From: Anaerolineales bacterium
Lineage (GTDB): Bacteria; Chloroflexota; Anaerolineae; Anaerolineales; UBA6663
NCBI GenBank assembly: GCA_044224715.1
Contig: JBGAJV010000010.1
Span: 13,619 to 77,618, forward strand
DNA: 64,000 bases
Reading direction: 5' to 3'
Shown piece after piece: positions 9,261 through 19,614 of the stretch. The notes beneath the pieces are model-generated. The model saw nothing but the letters and a program-made list of their open reading frames with translations. It was not told where the DNA came from and searched no databases. Within the stretch, counting starts at the first letter, position 1; each line of letters begins with the position of its first letter. The position numbers and the translations under genes were made by a program.

Positions 9261-11369
9261 ATGGCCAAATCATTCAGTCGGTCCGCCGGCCCCGCATCGA
9301 ACGGTGCCGGCTCTCTCCGCGTCTTCTGGCAGGATCACAAGGCGTTCTTCGCGCTTGCCGCGGTCTTTGCCATGGCCCGCCTCCTGGCGGCGTTCTACCT
9401 CAGGCCCGGTGGATACATCGTGGACCGGTCGCCGGATAGCTGGACCTACCTCGATATGCTCCGGCTCAATTACGGCGGGCTGGCGCCATACCGCGATTAC
9501 TGGTTGGAGTATCCCCCCATACTGCCCTGGCTCTTGCAGGTCGTCGGCGCCCTGGCGTTGAAGATCCCGGCCTGGGACTCTCAAATCCTCGTACCCAACT
9601 TCCTGCTCCGAGTAGCGCTCGCCGTCTTCGACGTCGGCAATCTCGGGCTGATGTACGCCACAGCGCGCCGCGTTTGGGGGCCGACCAACGGATTGCTGAC
9701 TGCCATGGCCTGGGCGCTGGCATTCACGCCGCTGGTGACGTATTTGGGTTGGTACGACCCGTTAGCCCTTTTCTTTCTCCTGCTGGCGGTTTATGCCTGC
9801 GTTGTCGACCGCGCCACAGTCGCCGGCCTGGCCATGGGCATCGGCTTCTGCGTCAAAGTCTTCCCGGCTGTTCTGATCCCATTGGCGGTGCTGAGTTTGC
9901 CGACCTGGCGGAGGCGCCTATGGGCGGTCGGCGTGGCAGGCGCGGCGGTACTGGCCGTGTTCGGTCCGCTTTGGCTGTCGTCGCCGGCCTACGTCAGCGC
10001 GTGGTTCATCAATCTGTTTGGGCGCGGCGGGTGGGAGACCATCTGGGCCTTGCTGGACGGCTACGCCGGGTACGGCGTCGTCGCGCCGCTGCAGGTGCGC
10101 AACGACCCCGCGGCGGCGTCCGCTGCGGAAGTAGCCAGCCGCTGGCCCGGCCTCTGGATCACGCTGGCCATGGCGATCGGGTATCTGACGGTCGCCACAC
10201 GCCGCATCGACTGGTCCAGGCTGGAGACGCGGCTGTGGTTCGCGTTGTTCTCGCTGGGAACGTTTCTGCTTGTCAGCAAGGGCTATAGCCCGCAGTGGAA
10301 CACGTACATCGTCGCGCTCACGGTGCTGGCGCTTCCGTTTCGCTCCGGGATCCCTTACATTCTGGTGTTGGATCTCTTGCTCATGCTCGAGTTTCCGGTC
10401 GCGATCATCCTCTACCGGGACGACGCGCAGGTCATCTCCGCGGTCATCGTGCTACGCACGGCCGTCTTCGCCCTGATCACGCTGGAGGCGGCGGCCCGGG
10501 TTTGGCCGAGGGCGACCCGTCTGACGCAGGAAGTCAGCCGATGGGCGATGCCGGTCGCCGTGATCGGTGTGGCATCCATCGGACTGTTCGCCCTGCCCGA
10601 GCTGTGGCGCCGATACTATGTGGCCCGTTTGGACGTTGAACCGCTCAAGCCGCTTGTGGAACAACTGGCGCAGGACCCACAACCGCCCGACCTGATCATC
10701 ACCCAACCCCGGATGGTCGAGCGATTGGAGCCGTTCGTGGAAGACGGACTGATCGACTATCTGCCAAACGGCCAGCAGGCGCCCTGGCGCGACGTTTCCC
10801 AGTGGATGCAGACCGAGCTGGCTCGCGGCGACCGGTTCTGGCTCGTCTTTGCCGCCGATGGTAACGTACCCGAGGAGATCGCGCTTCACGAGCAGGTGCT
10901 GGCCCAGATCGAATCGTGGGGATGCCCGGCGACACGGACGTGGTACGGTTCGGTCCAGGCCAGCCTCTATGTCGAGCAAACGGGCGCGGCGCCCGCACAG
11001 GCCGGTGGCGGGTTCGAGAACGGCGCCAGCCTGCGCTCGATCGTCGTGCCGGCGCAGGGTCTTGCCGACGGGCGATCGGCCTGCATCACCTTGACCTGGT
11101 CGACCACGGCCCCGCTCGATCGCGACTACACGATCTTCGTGCATGTGTTGGATGCCCGAGGACAATTGGTCGCCCAAAGCGATCTTGCCCCCGACGTCGG
11201 CACGTCGGGCTGGACGGTCGACGAAGACGTCGTGACGCGCCACGGCCTGGTCATCTCGCCCGTGGCCGACGCCAGTCGTTTGACGTTGGCCGTCGGGCTG
11301 TACGACCCGGTGACGGGCGAGCGTCTCGCCACGTCGACCGGCGCTGACGCCATCCGCATCACACCCTGA
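9261..11369 (+). CDS. Polytopic membrane protein, DUF2029/GT87-like (GT-C-like), with one C-terminal repeat module
   Basis: Part of ORF 9036..11369. ATG 9261 gives MAKSFSRS..FFALAAVFAMARLL. An alternative in-frame GTG lies at 9150, 10 nt after TATACT (9134-9139). The loop DSWTYLDMLRL..APYRDYWLEYPPILPW and many TM helices are present. The C-terminus DYTIFVHVLDARGQLVAQSD...VGLYDPVTGERL (about 11012-11366) matches the module in the other paralogs. Confidence 0.7.
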   Translation: MAKSFSRSAGPASNGAGSLRVFWQDHKAFFALAAVFAMARLLAAFYLRPGGYIVDRSPDSWTYLDMLRLNYGGLAPYRDYWLEYPPILPWLLQVVGALALKIPAWDSQILVPNFLLRVALAVFDVGNLGLMYATARRVWGPTNGLLTAMAWALAFTPLVTYLGWYDPLALFFLLLAVYACVVDRATVAGLAMGIGFCVKVFPAVLIPLAVLSLPTWRRRLWAVGVAGAAVLAVFGPLWLSSPAYVSAWFINLFGRGGWETIWALLDGYAGYGVVAPLQVRNDPAAASAAEVASRWPGLWITLAMAIGYLTVATRRIDWSRLETRLWFALFSLGTFLLVSKGYSPQWNTYIVALTVLALPFRSGIPYILVLDLLLMLEFPVAIILYRDDAQVISAVIVLRTAVFALITLEAAARVWPRATRLTQEVSRWAMPVAVIGVASIGLFALPELWRRYYVARLDVEPLKPLVEQLAQDPQPPDLIITQPRMVERLEPFVEDGLIDYLPNGQQAPWRDVSQWMQTELARGDRFWLVFAADGNVPEEIALHEQVLAQIESWGCPATRTWYGSVQASLYVEQTGAAPAQAGGGFENGASLRSIVVPAQGLADGRSACITLTWSTTAPLDRDYTIFVHVLDARGQLVAQSDLAPDVGTSGWTVDEDVVTRHGLVISPVADASRLTLAVGLYDPVTGERLATSTGADAIRITP

Positions 11370-11391
11370 GCACCCAGACAGGATACGAGCC

Positions 11392-12144
11392 GTGCCACAC
11401 GAAATCCTCTTCAAACGCAACGCCATTCGCGAATGCCTGCGCGCCGGGCGCCGCCGCGCCTATCGGCTGATCGTCGCCCGCGACGCCGATCTGCGCGACG
11501 CGCAGGACTTGATCGCCGAGGCCCAGCGGCGCGGCGTTCGCATCGAGGACAGCGACAAGAAAAGCGTGAACCTGCTGGTCCACGGCGAGCGCCATCAGAA
11601 CCTCGTACTCGAGGTCGGGTCATACCCGTACGCGGACCTCGAGGACATCTTCGCGGCCGCCGAGCGGGCCAACGAAGCGCCGCTGATCCTGCTGCTTGAC
11701 CTCGTGCAGGACCCACGGAACGTCGGTGCCATCCTGCGCACGGCCGATGCCATGGGCGTGCACGGCGTCATCATCCAGGAGCGGCGCGGGTGCGAGATCA
11801 CGCCGACCGTGGTCAACACGGCGGCGGGCGGCGCCGAGCACCTTCAAGTGGCCCAGGTGACCAACCTGGCCGACGCCATGCGCCGCCTGAGCGACCGTGA
11901 CGTGTGGCTCGCAGGCCTCGATCTTGCCCCCGACAGCCAGCCGATCGATCGCGTCGACCTTGACCGCCCTCTCGGCCTGGTGATCGGCAACGAGGGCAGC
12001 GGCCTGCGCCGCCTGGTGCGGGATCGCTGCGATTTCCTGCTGCACCTGCCCATGGTCGGGCATGTGCAATCGCTCAACGCCGCCGTGGCGGCTTCACTCG
12101 CGCTTTACGCGGCTCGGACAGCCCGGCCCAAACGCCAGAAGTAG
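11392..12144 (+). CDS. rlmB: SpoU/TrmH-family RNA 2'-O-methyltransferase, RlmB-like
   Basis: 250 aa with an N-terminal substrate-binding-like region, then LDLVQDPRNVGAILRTA and GNEGSGLR motifs and the C-terminal SLNAAVA knot region. Confidence 0.75.
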   Translation: MPHEILFKRNAIRECLRAGRRRAYRLIVARDADLRDAQDLIAEAQRRGVRIEDSDKKSVNLLVHGERHQNLVLEVGSYPYADLEDIFAAAERANEAPLILLLDLVQDPRNVGAILRTADAMGVHGVIIQERRGCEITPTVVNTAAGGAEHLQVAQVTNLADAMRRLSDRDVWLAGLDLAPDSQPIDRVDLDRPLGLVIGNEGSGLRRLVRDRCDFLLHLPMVGHVQSLNAAVAASLALYAARTARPKRQK

Positions 12145-12220
12145 ACCGCGAAGCGGCGAAGGGCATGCGGATTCCCATGGAGATTCCGTGCGCCCAGCGC
12201 TGCTTCGCGGTCCGTTTTCC
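12144..12220 (+). terminator. Long structured terminator after the rlmB-like gene
   Basis: The outer stem gaccgcgaagc / gcttcgcggtc encloses an imperfect inner hairpin and is followed by CGTTTTCC. Confidence 0.55.
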
Positions 12221-12289
12221 CGGCGAATTTAGACGCTTCAACCCTCGCAAACTGTGCGCGACGGCGAAACGCTGTACAATCGCGCCGCC

Positions 12290-13375
12290 ATGACAGACGT
12301 CGCCCCTGACCCGCTTTTGGGCTTCGTCGAGGCCGTCCAGGCCCGAGCCAACGCGTACCTCTCCGTGCGGCCCGACCAGTACGAGCAACTCGATCACTTG
12401 CGTCACGTCTCCAACCGGGCGCACTGGCTCTACTACAACGAACTGGTGCGCGCCACCCCGCCCGGCGCGCCCGTGTTGATGTCGCGGCGTGAGAGCCTGC
12501 TGCTCGATGCCTGCACCTTCAGCCACGACCTGGGCAAATGGATCCCGCGCGACGACCTGGCGACGTTGCTGCCGCAGGCCGTCACCCCGGCGCAGGCGCA
12601 GTCGGCCTTCCGTGATCGCGCCCGGACGCTGCTCGGGCTGAGCGAGTATCAGCTGGATCTGCTCTGGCTGGGGTTGCGGCGCCGGTTGGATCCGGATATG
12701 GATGCGTACTCGGCGGTGTACGACGCGGCCCATCACCTGGTCAGCGCCTACATCGTCGTGGCCGATCCCACGCTCGGTTTCGCCGCCCTCGCCCGCGAAG
12801 ATCAGTTCGAGGTGTTGACGACCGTGATCGGGCACCAGTTCGGCGCGTATTACAAACGCACGCTCTTCGAGCTCAGTCTGCGCGACCCCGACATCACCCC
12901 GGGTCTGCTGGTCGACATTTCGCGGCCTGACAAGATCGTGGGTCTGCGCCTCCCGGCCAGTTTCCACGACGCCGACATCAACGACATGCTCTACGTCGGC
13001 AGCCTGGAGCGGCGGCCTTATCGCGAGGATCTGCTGCACGCCGGCGGCCTGATCAAGATCTTTCTGATCAACCTGACGCTCCTGGTCCACGGCGTGCCAA
13101 ATGGCCCGCGCGATCTCTACGATTGCGTCAACTCGTGCGAGGGCACGGTGCAGGCCGTGATCAGCGAGTTCCTGACCCCGACCGCGCGCTCCGAGGGGCA
13201 GGCCATGCGCGAGCGCGCCACCCTGTTCCTCGACATGCTGCGCGACAACGACACGGCCACGGGCTACATCCGACTCATCCAAGATTCGACGCGCCCGCCG
13301 GCCGACCGCCTCACGGCGCTGCGCACCCTCACCCACAGCAAGGCGCGCGAGTTCCTGCGCCAACATCGAGACTAG
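12290..13375 (+). CDS. HD-domain-like hypothetical protein
   Basis: Part of ORF 12254..13375. ATG 12290 lies 9 nt after TACAAT (12275-12280). The CTFSHDLGKW motif is HD-like, and further His motifs occur (AAHHLV, VIGHQFG). G/C is strongly favoured at third codon positions in this frame. Confidence 0.6.
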   Translation: MTDVAPDPLLGFVEAVQARANAYLSVRPDQYEQLDHLRHVSNRAHWLYYNELVRATPPGAPVLMSRRESLLLDACTFSHDLGKWIPRDDLATLLPQAVTPAQAQSAFRDRARTLLGLSEYQLDLLWLGLRRRLDPDMDAYSAVYDAAHHLVSAYIVVADPTLGFAALAREDQFEVLTTVIGHQFGAYYKRTLFELSLRDPDITPGLLVDISRPDKIVGLRLPASFHDADINDMLYVGSLERRPYREDLLHAGGLIKIFLINLTLLVHGVPNGPRDLYDCVNSCEGTVQAVISEFLTPTARSEGQAMRERATLFLDMLRDNDTATGYIRLIQDSTRPPADRLTALRTLTHSKAREFLRQHRD

Positions 13376-13383
13376 CAGACAAG

Positions 13384-13430
13384 AAACGGGGCCAGGGCGG
13401 CGAAAAGCGCCGCCCTGGCCCCGGTTTTGT
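13384..13430. terminator. Bidirectional rho-independent terminator between convergent genes
   Basis: A 16-bp perfect stem (13387-13402 / 13408-13423) with a 5-nt loop, flanked by A-run and T-run sequence on both sides. Confidence 0.8.
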
Positions 13431-13436
13431 TGCGCG

Positions 13437-14978
<1,542 letters not shown>

Positions 14979-15017
14979 GAGCGATCCTGGTTCCGCATTA
15001 CGGATGAGATACGGCGG

Positions 15018-15023
15018 ATTATA
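15018..15023 (-). promoter_or_regulatory. -10 element TATAAT (minus strand) for the carboxyltransferase gene
   Basis: The reverse complement reads ggTATAATCc, about 40 nt upstream of ATG 14978. Confidence 0.45.
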
Positions 15024-15132
15024 CCGGGCCGTTGGGGGAGTCTCAGGGCAAACGCAACTCGAGTAGAACGCCTCGCGTTTTGCCACGACAGGGCCGCGGT
15101 GGTACGAACGAACCCGGAGGAAGCCGGGCCGT

Positions 15133-15537
15133 TCACGCCCGTCGGTGTTCGGCCCGCCAAACGATCCCGAGCGCCAGCGCGAGCCAGGTCGCCGAGAAGA
15201 AGAGCGTCCACGGCAGGCTGACGGTCGCGAACTCGGACCGCGCCAGCCACAGCCGTTCGAGCGGCGCCCAGGCGGCGACGAGCGGGAGGCCGATCACGGC
15301 CAGACGCACGCCCCAGGCGCGGCGGCGCCATAGCCCGAGCGCTGTGGCGCCAAACACCAGCGTCAGCAGGCCGTTGCGAACGGGGATGTAGGCCTGTGGC
15401 ACCGACAGCGCGAGCTCGGCCGTGACGGTCCAGCGTTGCAGGCTGCCGATGACGCCCACCGCCTGAAAAGCCGCTGCGGCGAACAGGCCAAGCGCGAGCA
15501 GCGTCAGGGTGCGTGGGCGACTGTGTTCCGGGGACAT
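15133..15537 (-). CDS. Small integral membrane protein, hypothetical
   Basis: 134 aa with four hydrophobic helices ([56 protein letters not shown]). Confidence 0.5.
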   Translation of the reverse strand: MSPEHSRPRTLTLLALGLFAAAAFQAVGVIGSLQRWTVTAELALSVPQAYIPVRNGLLTLVFGATALGLWRRRAWGVRLAVIGLPLVAAWAPLERLWLARSEFATVSLPWTLFFSATWLALALGIVWRAEHRRA

Positions 15538-15606
15538 GCCAAGCGCAAGGGTAGCACAGGCATCTGATAGGAAGATGTGCGAAAAGATAACGTCTGCGCG
15601 AGTAAA

Positions 15607-15805
15607 TTGTCAGGCGCGGGGTCTGGCCGCAGATGACGCAGATTTCGCTGAAGGAAACGGGACCGAGGCCGGCGGGGCTCCAGGTGTTCCTGTCGGCGAA
15701 GTCCGTGCGATCCGCGCCAAAATGCCGCTTGAGTGTCGCGCATGCACACAAGAATACCGGCCGCTCGAGACGTTGGGCACGCGTTGGCCGGTAGCTGTGA
15801 TCACG
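15607..15805 (+). repeat. Dispersed palindromic intergenic repeat, copy A
   Basis: The 76-nt core 15607-15682 matches the reverse complement of 39784-39859 at about 66/76 positions by manual alignment. A second shared block, cacgcgttggc, lies at 15778-15788. Confidence 0.7.
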
Positions 15806-15816
15806 CCACCGCGCAA

Positions 15817-16590
15817 TCAGGTGAGCGTGCGACGGGTCAGCGCGACCTGACGGCGCGCGATCGCGGCGCCGCCGCGCAGCCAAAAGGCAGCCATGTCGCG
15901 CAACGTGCGCAGGATCAGCGAACTGCGCGCCCCGCCCGCCTTGCCCGTCATCCGGGGCACGTAGCGCACGTCGACCTCGACCAGCCGGGCGCCGATCGCC
16001 TTGGCCTTGATCAACACCTCGGCGTGGAAGAAGGCGCTGCGGATGTACTCGATCGTCAGCAAACGCAGCACGGCGAGGCGGTAGAGGCAGATGTACTGGA
16101 ACTGGCGCTCGCGCATGCCGAACAGGATCTGCACCACGCGGATGTTGGCCGCGTGGACGAGCCGCCGGAACCACGAATAGTCGACGTGGACGTCGGCCAC
16201 GCCGACCACGATATCGGCGTTCGACGCCGACTCGAAGTACCGGCGCAGATCGACCGGGTCGATCGCCAGGTCCGCCGGCACAAGGATCAGCCAATCGCCG
16301 TGGGCATGGGTGATGGCCGTGGTCAGTCCGCTGCCGAGCCCGAGGTTGTGCGGGTGCGTGATGCAGCTGACGCGCGGATCGAGCGCGCACATGGCGGCGG
16401 CCACGGCGGCCGTGTCGTCGGTGCTGGCATCGTCGACGATCAACACCTCGGCGGCCACGCCAAAGCGATCGAGTACGGCCAGCACGCGCCAGACGCTCTG
16501 CGCCAGGCCCGCGCGCTCGTTGTACGCCGGGACGAAAACGGTCAGCCAGGGTCGGCGCGATTCAGGGCTCAAGGACCAGTTCTCGAACAT
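15817..16590 (-). CDS. Family 2 glycosyltransferase, polyprenyl-phosphate sugar synthase (Dpm1/Ppm1/GtrB)-like
   Basis: 257 aa containing VFVPAYNE..., IVDDASTDDT, NLGLGSG and ILVPADL. It overlaps the end of the upstream GT39-like gene by 29 nt. Confidence 0.8.
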   Translation of the reverse strand: MFENWSLSPESRRPWLTVFVPAYNERAGLAQSVWRVLAVLDRFGVAAEVLIVDDASTDDTAAVAAAMCALDPRVSCITHPHNLGLGSGLTTAITHAHGDWLILVPADLAIDPVDLRRYFESASNADIVVGVADVHVDYSWFRRLVHAANIRVVQILFGMRERQFQYICLYRLAVLRLLTIEYIRSAFFHAEVLIKAKAIGARLVEVDVRYVPRMTGKAGGARSSLILRTLRDMAAFWLRGGAAIARRQVALTRRTLT

Positions 16591-19075
16591 GGATATTCGC
16601 CCGCTCGCCGGACAACTCGTCGTGGATCTCGATCGCGAGCCGGGCCACGGGGCCGTCGACGCCGGGCAGCTCCAACCGCGAGGTCGGGTCGGCGCCGGCG
16701 TTGACGAACTCCTGGGTCACGGTGACCGGCTTGCCATCCACTGTGGCGTAGGCTCGAACTGTGATCGTGAATTTGTCCATCGTGCCGGTCGTCAACGACA
16801 CGGCCGTGATCTCGCGCGGCGTCGGGAAGTCGATCTGCAGCAGCAGGGGATTGGCCTCCATGCCGCGCGCCAGCGTGAATGGGTCGTGGTCGAGCAGGTT
16901 GCCGGGCGAGCCCATGTCGAACAAGGAATGCGTGAACTTCACCATCTGCCCATCGAGCTCGACGTCTTCGGTGATGGGCTTCTTCCGCTCCTCCTCCTCG
17001 GCCGCGAACAGCGCCGTGGCCTGCGCGGTGTAGGCCGCGCGGAAGATGTAGAACCCGGGCGTGCCGTCAGGGTACGCCAGCGTCTGCTCGGGCGTGATCG
17101 GCTCGAACTTGCCGCTGTCCTGCGCGGACCTCAATTCAGCCGGCGTGCCGATAAAGACCAGGTTCGGCGTTAACGCCTCATAGCGGCTCTGATACCAGTC
17201 GATGCCGCGGATCGCCACGTGATCGTACGTCGAACCCGTCAGGAAGAACTCGCGGTAGCGGTCCGTGCCGTTGGCCCACGTCGACGAAACAAGGACGACC
17301 GTTTCGGGATTGGCCTTGAGCAGCGCCGGGATCACGTCGACGAAGATCTGTTTGGCCCCGTACTGCATGCCATACAGACCGTAATCCGAGAACCACAGCG
17401 GCGCGGATTGGAAGGTCAATGCCACAAGGGCGAGGCCGCCGACGCCGGTCAACGCGGCGGTCAGGCCCTCGATCCGCGGCGTCTGCAGGCGCGGCAACCG
17501 CGCGATCAGCCAATCGACGCCGAGCGCGATCAACAGGATCGCGACCGGCACGAACGTCATCACCCGCGCCGCGCCGATCTCGAGCGTGGCTGCGCCGGCC
17601 GGCGCGGCCAGGGCGGCCAGCAAGACGGCGCGGTGCGTCGGCGACTTGATGTGCCGCGCGATGACCCACACGCCCAGGAGGAAGAACGGGAACGCCCACC
17701 CGAACAGCTGCGCCTGACCCGGGATGCGATGACGCGCCAGGTCCGTGGTGTTCGGCCAGAACCAGTACTGCGGGCTCAGACCGTAGGCGTAGCGCTGGAT
17801 GTACATCCAGGCCTTCTGGCTCCAGGTGAGGTCCTGCGAGAACAGGTACGAATTGACCGCGCGCAGATGCGTGCCAAGCGCGTCCTGATGATCGAGCTGG
17901 AACGAGATCAGCGGCCACGCGAGCGCCAGCCCCCAGAGGACCAGGCCGATCTGCACGCGGCGGCTGAGGCGCCAGTGGTAACGAAGATCCGAGACCAGCA
18001 ACAACGCGCCAGTCACGGCCATCACGGCCTGCGCGTTCGAATAGCTGTAGAACGTCAACGCGCCGCACAAGAGCGCCGGGAAACCGTAGTACGGCGAGCG
18101 CTCACGATACAACAAATAGAAGAGCAGGAAGCCCGCGTAGAACGACGCCGTCGACGTCGCCTCGAAGCCGGTGCGACTGTGGATGAGCCAGATCGGCGAC
18201 AGCGTGAAGACCAGGATGGTCACCCACCAGAACCGCGCCTTGAAGACGCGATGCGCCGCCAGCGCTACGGCCAGCACGCCGAGGACGGAGATCAGGGCCG
18301 AGGTACCGCGCACGACGGCGATGCTGTTGCCGAACCAGCTCGTCGCCAGGCCCAGGGCGTAGGCTGTGATGACCGGCGTGAACCGCTGCGGCGCGGCCTC
18401 GAAGTAAATGGGCAGGAAGCGCCCGGCGCCGTCGACAAAGCCGTTTTGGACCACGGACCGGCCCAACAGGGCGATGCTGGCTTCATCGGAGAAGAAGTAG
18501 ATCGGGAACTGATCGAGCGCGATCAGACGTGTCAACGCATACGCGCCCAGCAAGACGCCAAGCAGGATCAGGTTCCAGCGCGTCAGCGGGAACGTGTCAG
18601 CGGCGAACCGTGCCCAGGCGCCTCGCAGACCGCGCATCACCGGAGACGCATCCAACGGCGCCGGCTGCGGCTCGACCGCGGCCCCGGTCGCTGGTGAGCC
18701 GGCCGGCGGCGCGAACGCCGCCACCCGGGCCGACGGTTCGGCCGCCGTCAGTCTGGCGACCGGCTCGGTGGAAGGCTGAAGACGGATCGGCGCATCCGCC
18801 CGGCCGATCAGGACTGTTTCGTGGCGGACGGCGGTCGGGTCCGCCGTGGTCTGGGCCTCGATGTGGATGCTGACCGCGACGCCGAGCGGCACCTCGAGCG
18901 AGACGCGCACGACCGGCGGCGCCCCGACAGGCGGCAAGGTCGACTGCACGAGGATCTCGGGCGCGACGGCTGGGGCGATGGTACGGTCGACCGACGCGGC
19001 CGGCGCGGGTTCGAGCCCGTCGGTCGGCGCGGCGCCCGTCGATGCATCGGGGGGGTGAGCGTCAATTTCGGTCAT
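16562..19075 (-). CDS. ArnT/PMT (GT39/GT83)-like membrane glycosyltransferase with Pro/Ala-rich N-terminal extension and discoidin-like C-terminal domain
   Basis: 837 aa. The first loop carries FFSDEAS (the DE motif typical of the family). About 11 TM helices follow. The C-terminal ~130 aa (GNLLDHDPFT..ITAVSL..IEIHDE..VRELVLEP) resembles an F5/8 type C jelly-roll. Confidence 0.75.
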   Translation of the reverse strand: MTEIDAHPPDASTGAAPTDGLEPAPAASVDRTIAPAVAPEILVQSTLPPVGAPPVVRVSLEVPLGVAVSIHIEAQTTADPTAVRHETVLIGRADAPIRLQPSTEPVARLTAAEPSARVAAFAPPAGSPATGAAVEPQPAPLDASPVMRGLRGAWARFAADTFPLTRWNLILLGVLLGAYALTRLIALDQFPIYFFSDEASIALLGRSVVQNGFVDGAGRFLPIYFEAAPQRFTPVITAYALGLATSWFGNSIAVVRGTSALISVLGVLAVALAAHRVFKARFWWVTILVFTLSPIWLIHSRTGFEATSTASFYAGFLLFYLLYRERSPYYGFPALLCGALTFYSYSNAQAVMAVTGALLLVSDLRYHWRLSRRVQIGLVLWGLALAWPLISFQLDHQDALGTHLRAVNSYLFSQDLTWSQKAWMYIQRYAYGLSPQYWFWPNTTDLARHRIPGQAQLFGWAFPFFLLGVWVIARHIKSPTHRAVLLAALAAPAGAATLEIGAARVMTFVPVAILLIALGVDWLIARLPRLQTPRIEGLTAALTGVGGLALVALTFQSAPLWFSDYGLYGMQYGAKQIFVDVIPALLKANPETVVLVSSTWANGTDRYREFFLTGSTYDHVAIRGIDWYQSRYEALTPNLVFIGTPAELRSAQDSGKFEPITPEQTLAYPDGTPGFYIFRAAYTAQATALFAAEEEERKKPITEDVELDGQMVKFTHSLFDMGSPGNLLDHDPFTLARGMEANPLLLQIDFPTPREITAVSLTTGTMDKFTITVRAYATVDGKPVTVTQEFVNAGADPTSRLELPGVDGPVARLAIEIHDELSGERANIHVRELVLEP

Positions 19076-19098
19076 AGTCCGTCAAGGCCAACATAACC

Positions 19099-19104
19099 AT
19101 TATA
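19099..19104 (-). promoter_or_regulatory. -10 element TATAAT (minus strand) upstream of the GT39-like gene
   Basis: The reverse complement reads tcaTATAATgg, 23 nt upstream of ATG 19075. Confidence 0.45.
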
Positions 19105-19178
19105 TGAAACGGTTCGCCAGGGGCCAGTAAAGGCGAACTGAAACCTGGAACCGCTGGACGACCCCGGGAGGGTCGATT

Positions 19179-19207
19179 TTGACGCCCTTCGGCGGCGCAA
19201 GTACAAT
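19179..19207 (+). promoter_or_regulatory. Sigma-70-type promoter for gatC-gatA
   Basis: TTGACG (19179-19184), a 17-nt spacer, then TACAAT (19202-19207). ATG 19234 is preceded by gaaggga. Confidence 0.65.
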
Positions 19208-19233
19208 CGCTCAAGACCTGAAGGGAACCATCC

Positions 19234-19551
19234 ATGGAAGAAGCCATAACGCCCGAGCTTTTCAACCGACTGGCCGAGCTCGCGGCGCTCGAATTGACGC
19301 CCGACGAGGCGCAGTACCTGCGCCACGAATTGAACCAGCAGCTCAAAGCCATTCGCGAGCTCGAGCGCATCGACATCGCCGACGATGTGCCGCCAGCCGC
19401 GCGCGGCGTAGCCTACCCGCCCGGCGTGCGCGCCGAGCTGCGCGAGGATGTGCCCGTGGCCAGCACGCTGGCGACGGCGCTCCTGGCCGGCGCACCCGAC
19501 TCGGACGGCGAATACTTCATCGTCCCCGAAATTCCGCATCAGGACCTCTGA
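19234..19551 (+). CDS. gatC: Asp/Glu-tRNA(Asn/Gln) amidotransferase subunit C
   Basis: 105 aa: ITPELFNRLAELAALELTPDEAQYLRHELNQQLKAIRELERIDI, the typical GatC pattern, directly upstream of gatA. Confidence 0.85.
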   Translation: MEEAITPELFNRLAELAALELTPDEAQYLRHELNQQLKAIRELERIDIADDVPPAARGVAYPPGVRAELREDVPVASTLATALLAGAPDSDGEYFIVPEIPHQDL

Positions 19552-19614
19552 ACCGGCGGAATCATACGCACGACTCGGCCCGGCGGACACCCGCCGACAG
19601 CGGATTCTTGATCC

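Noticed and set aside
12074-13366. 430-aa minus-strand ORF opposite the HD-like gene
   Set aside because: It shows antisense-type composition (R, A, G, V, Q, E runs). It would run through the rlmB terminator. The plus frame has an HD-like motif and a TACAAT promoter.
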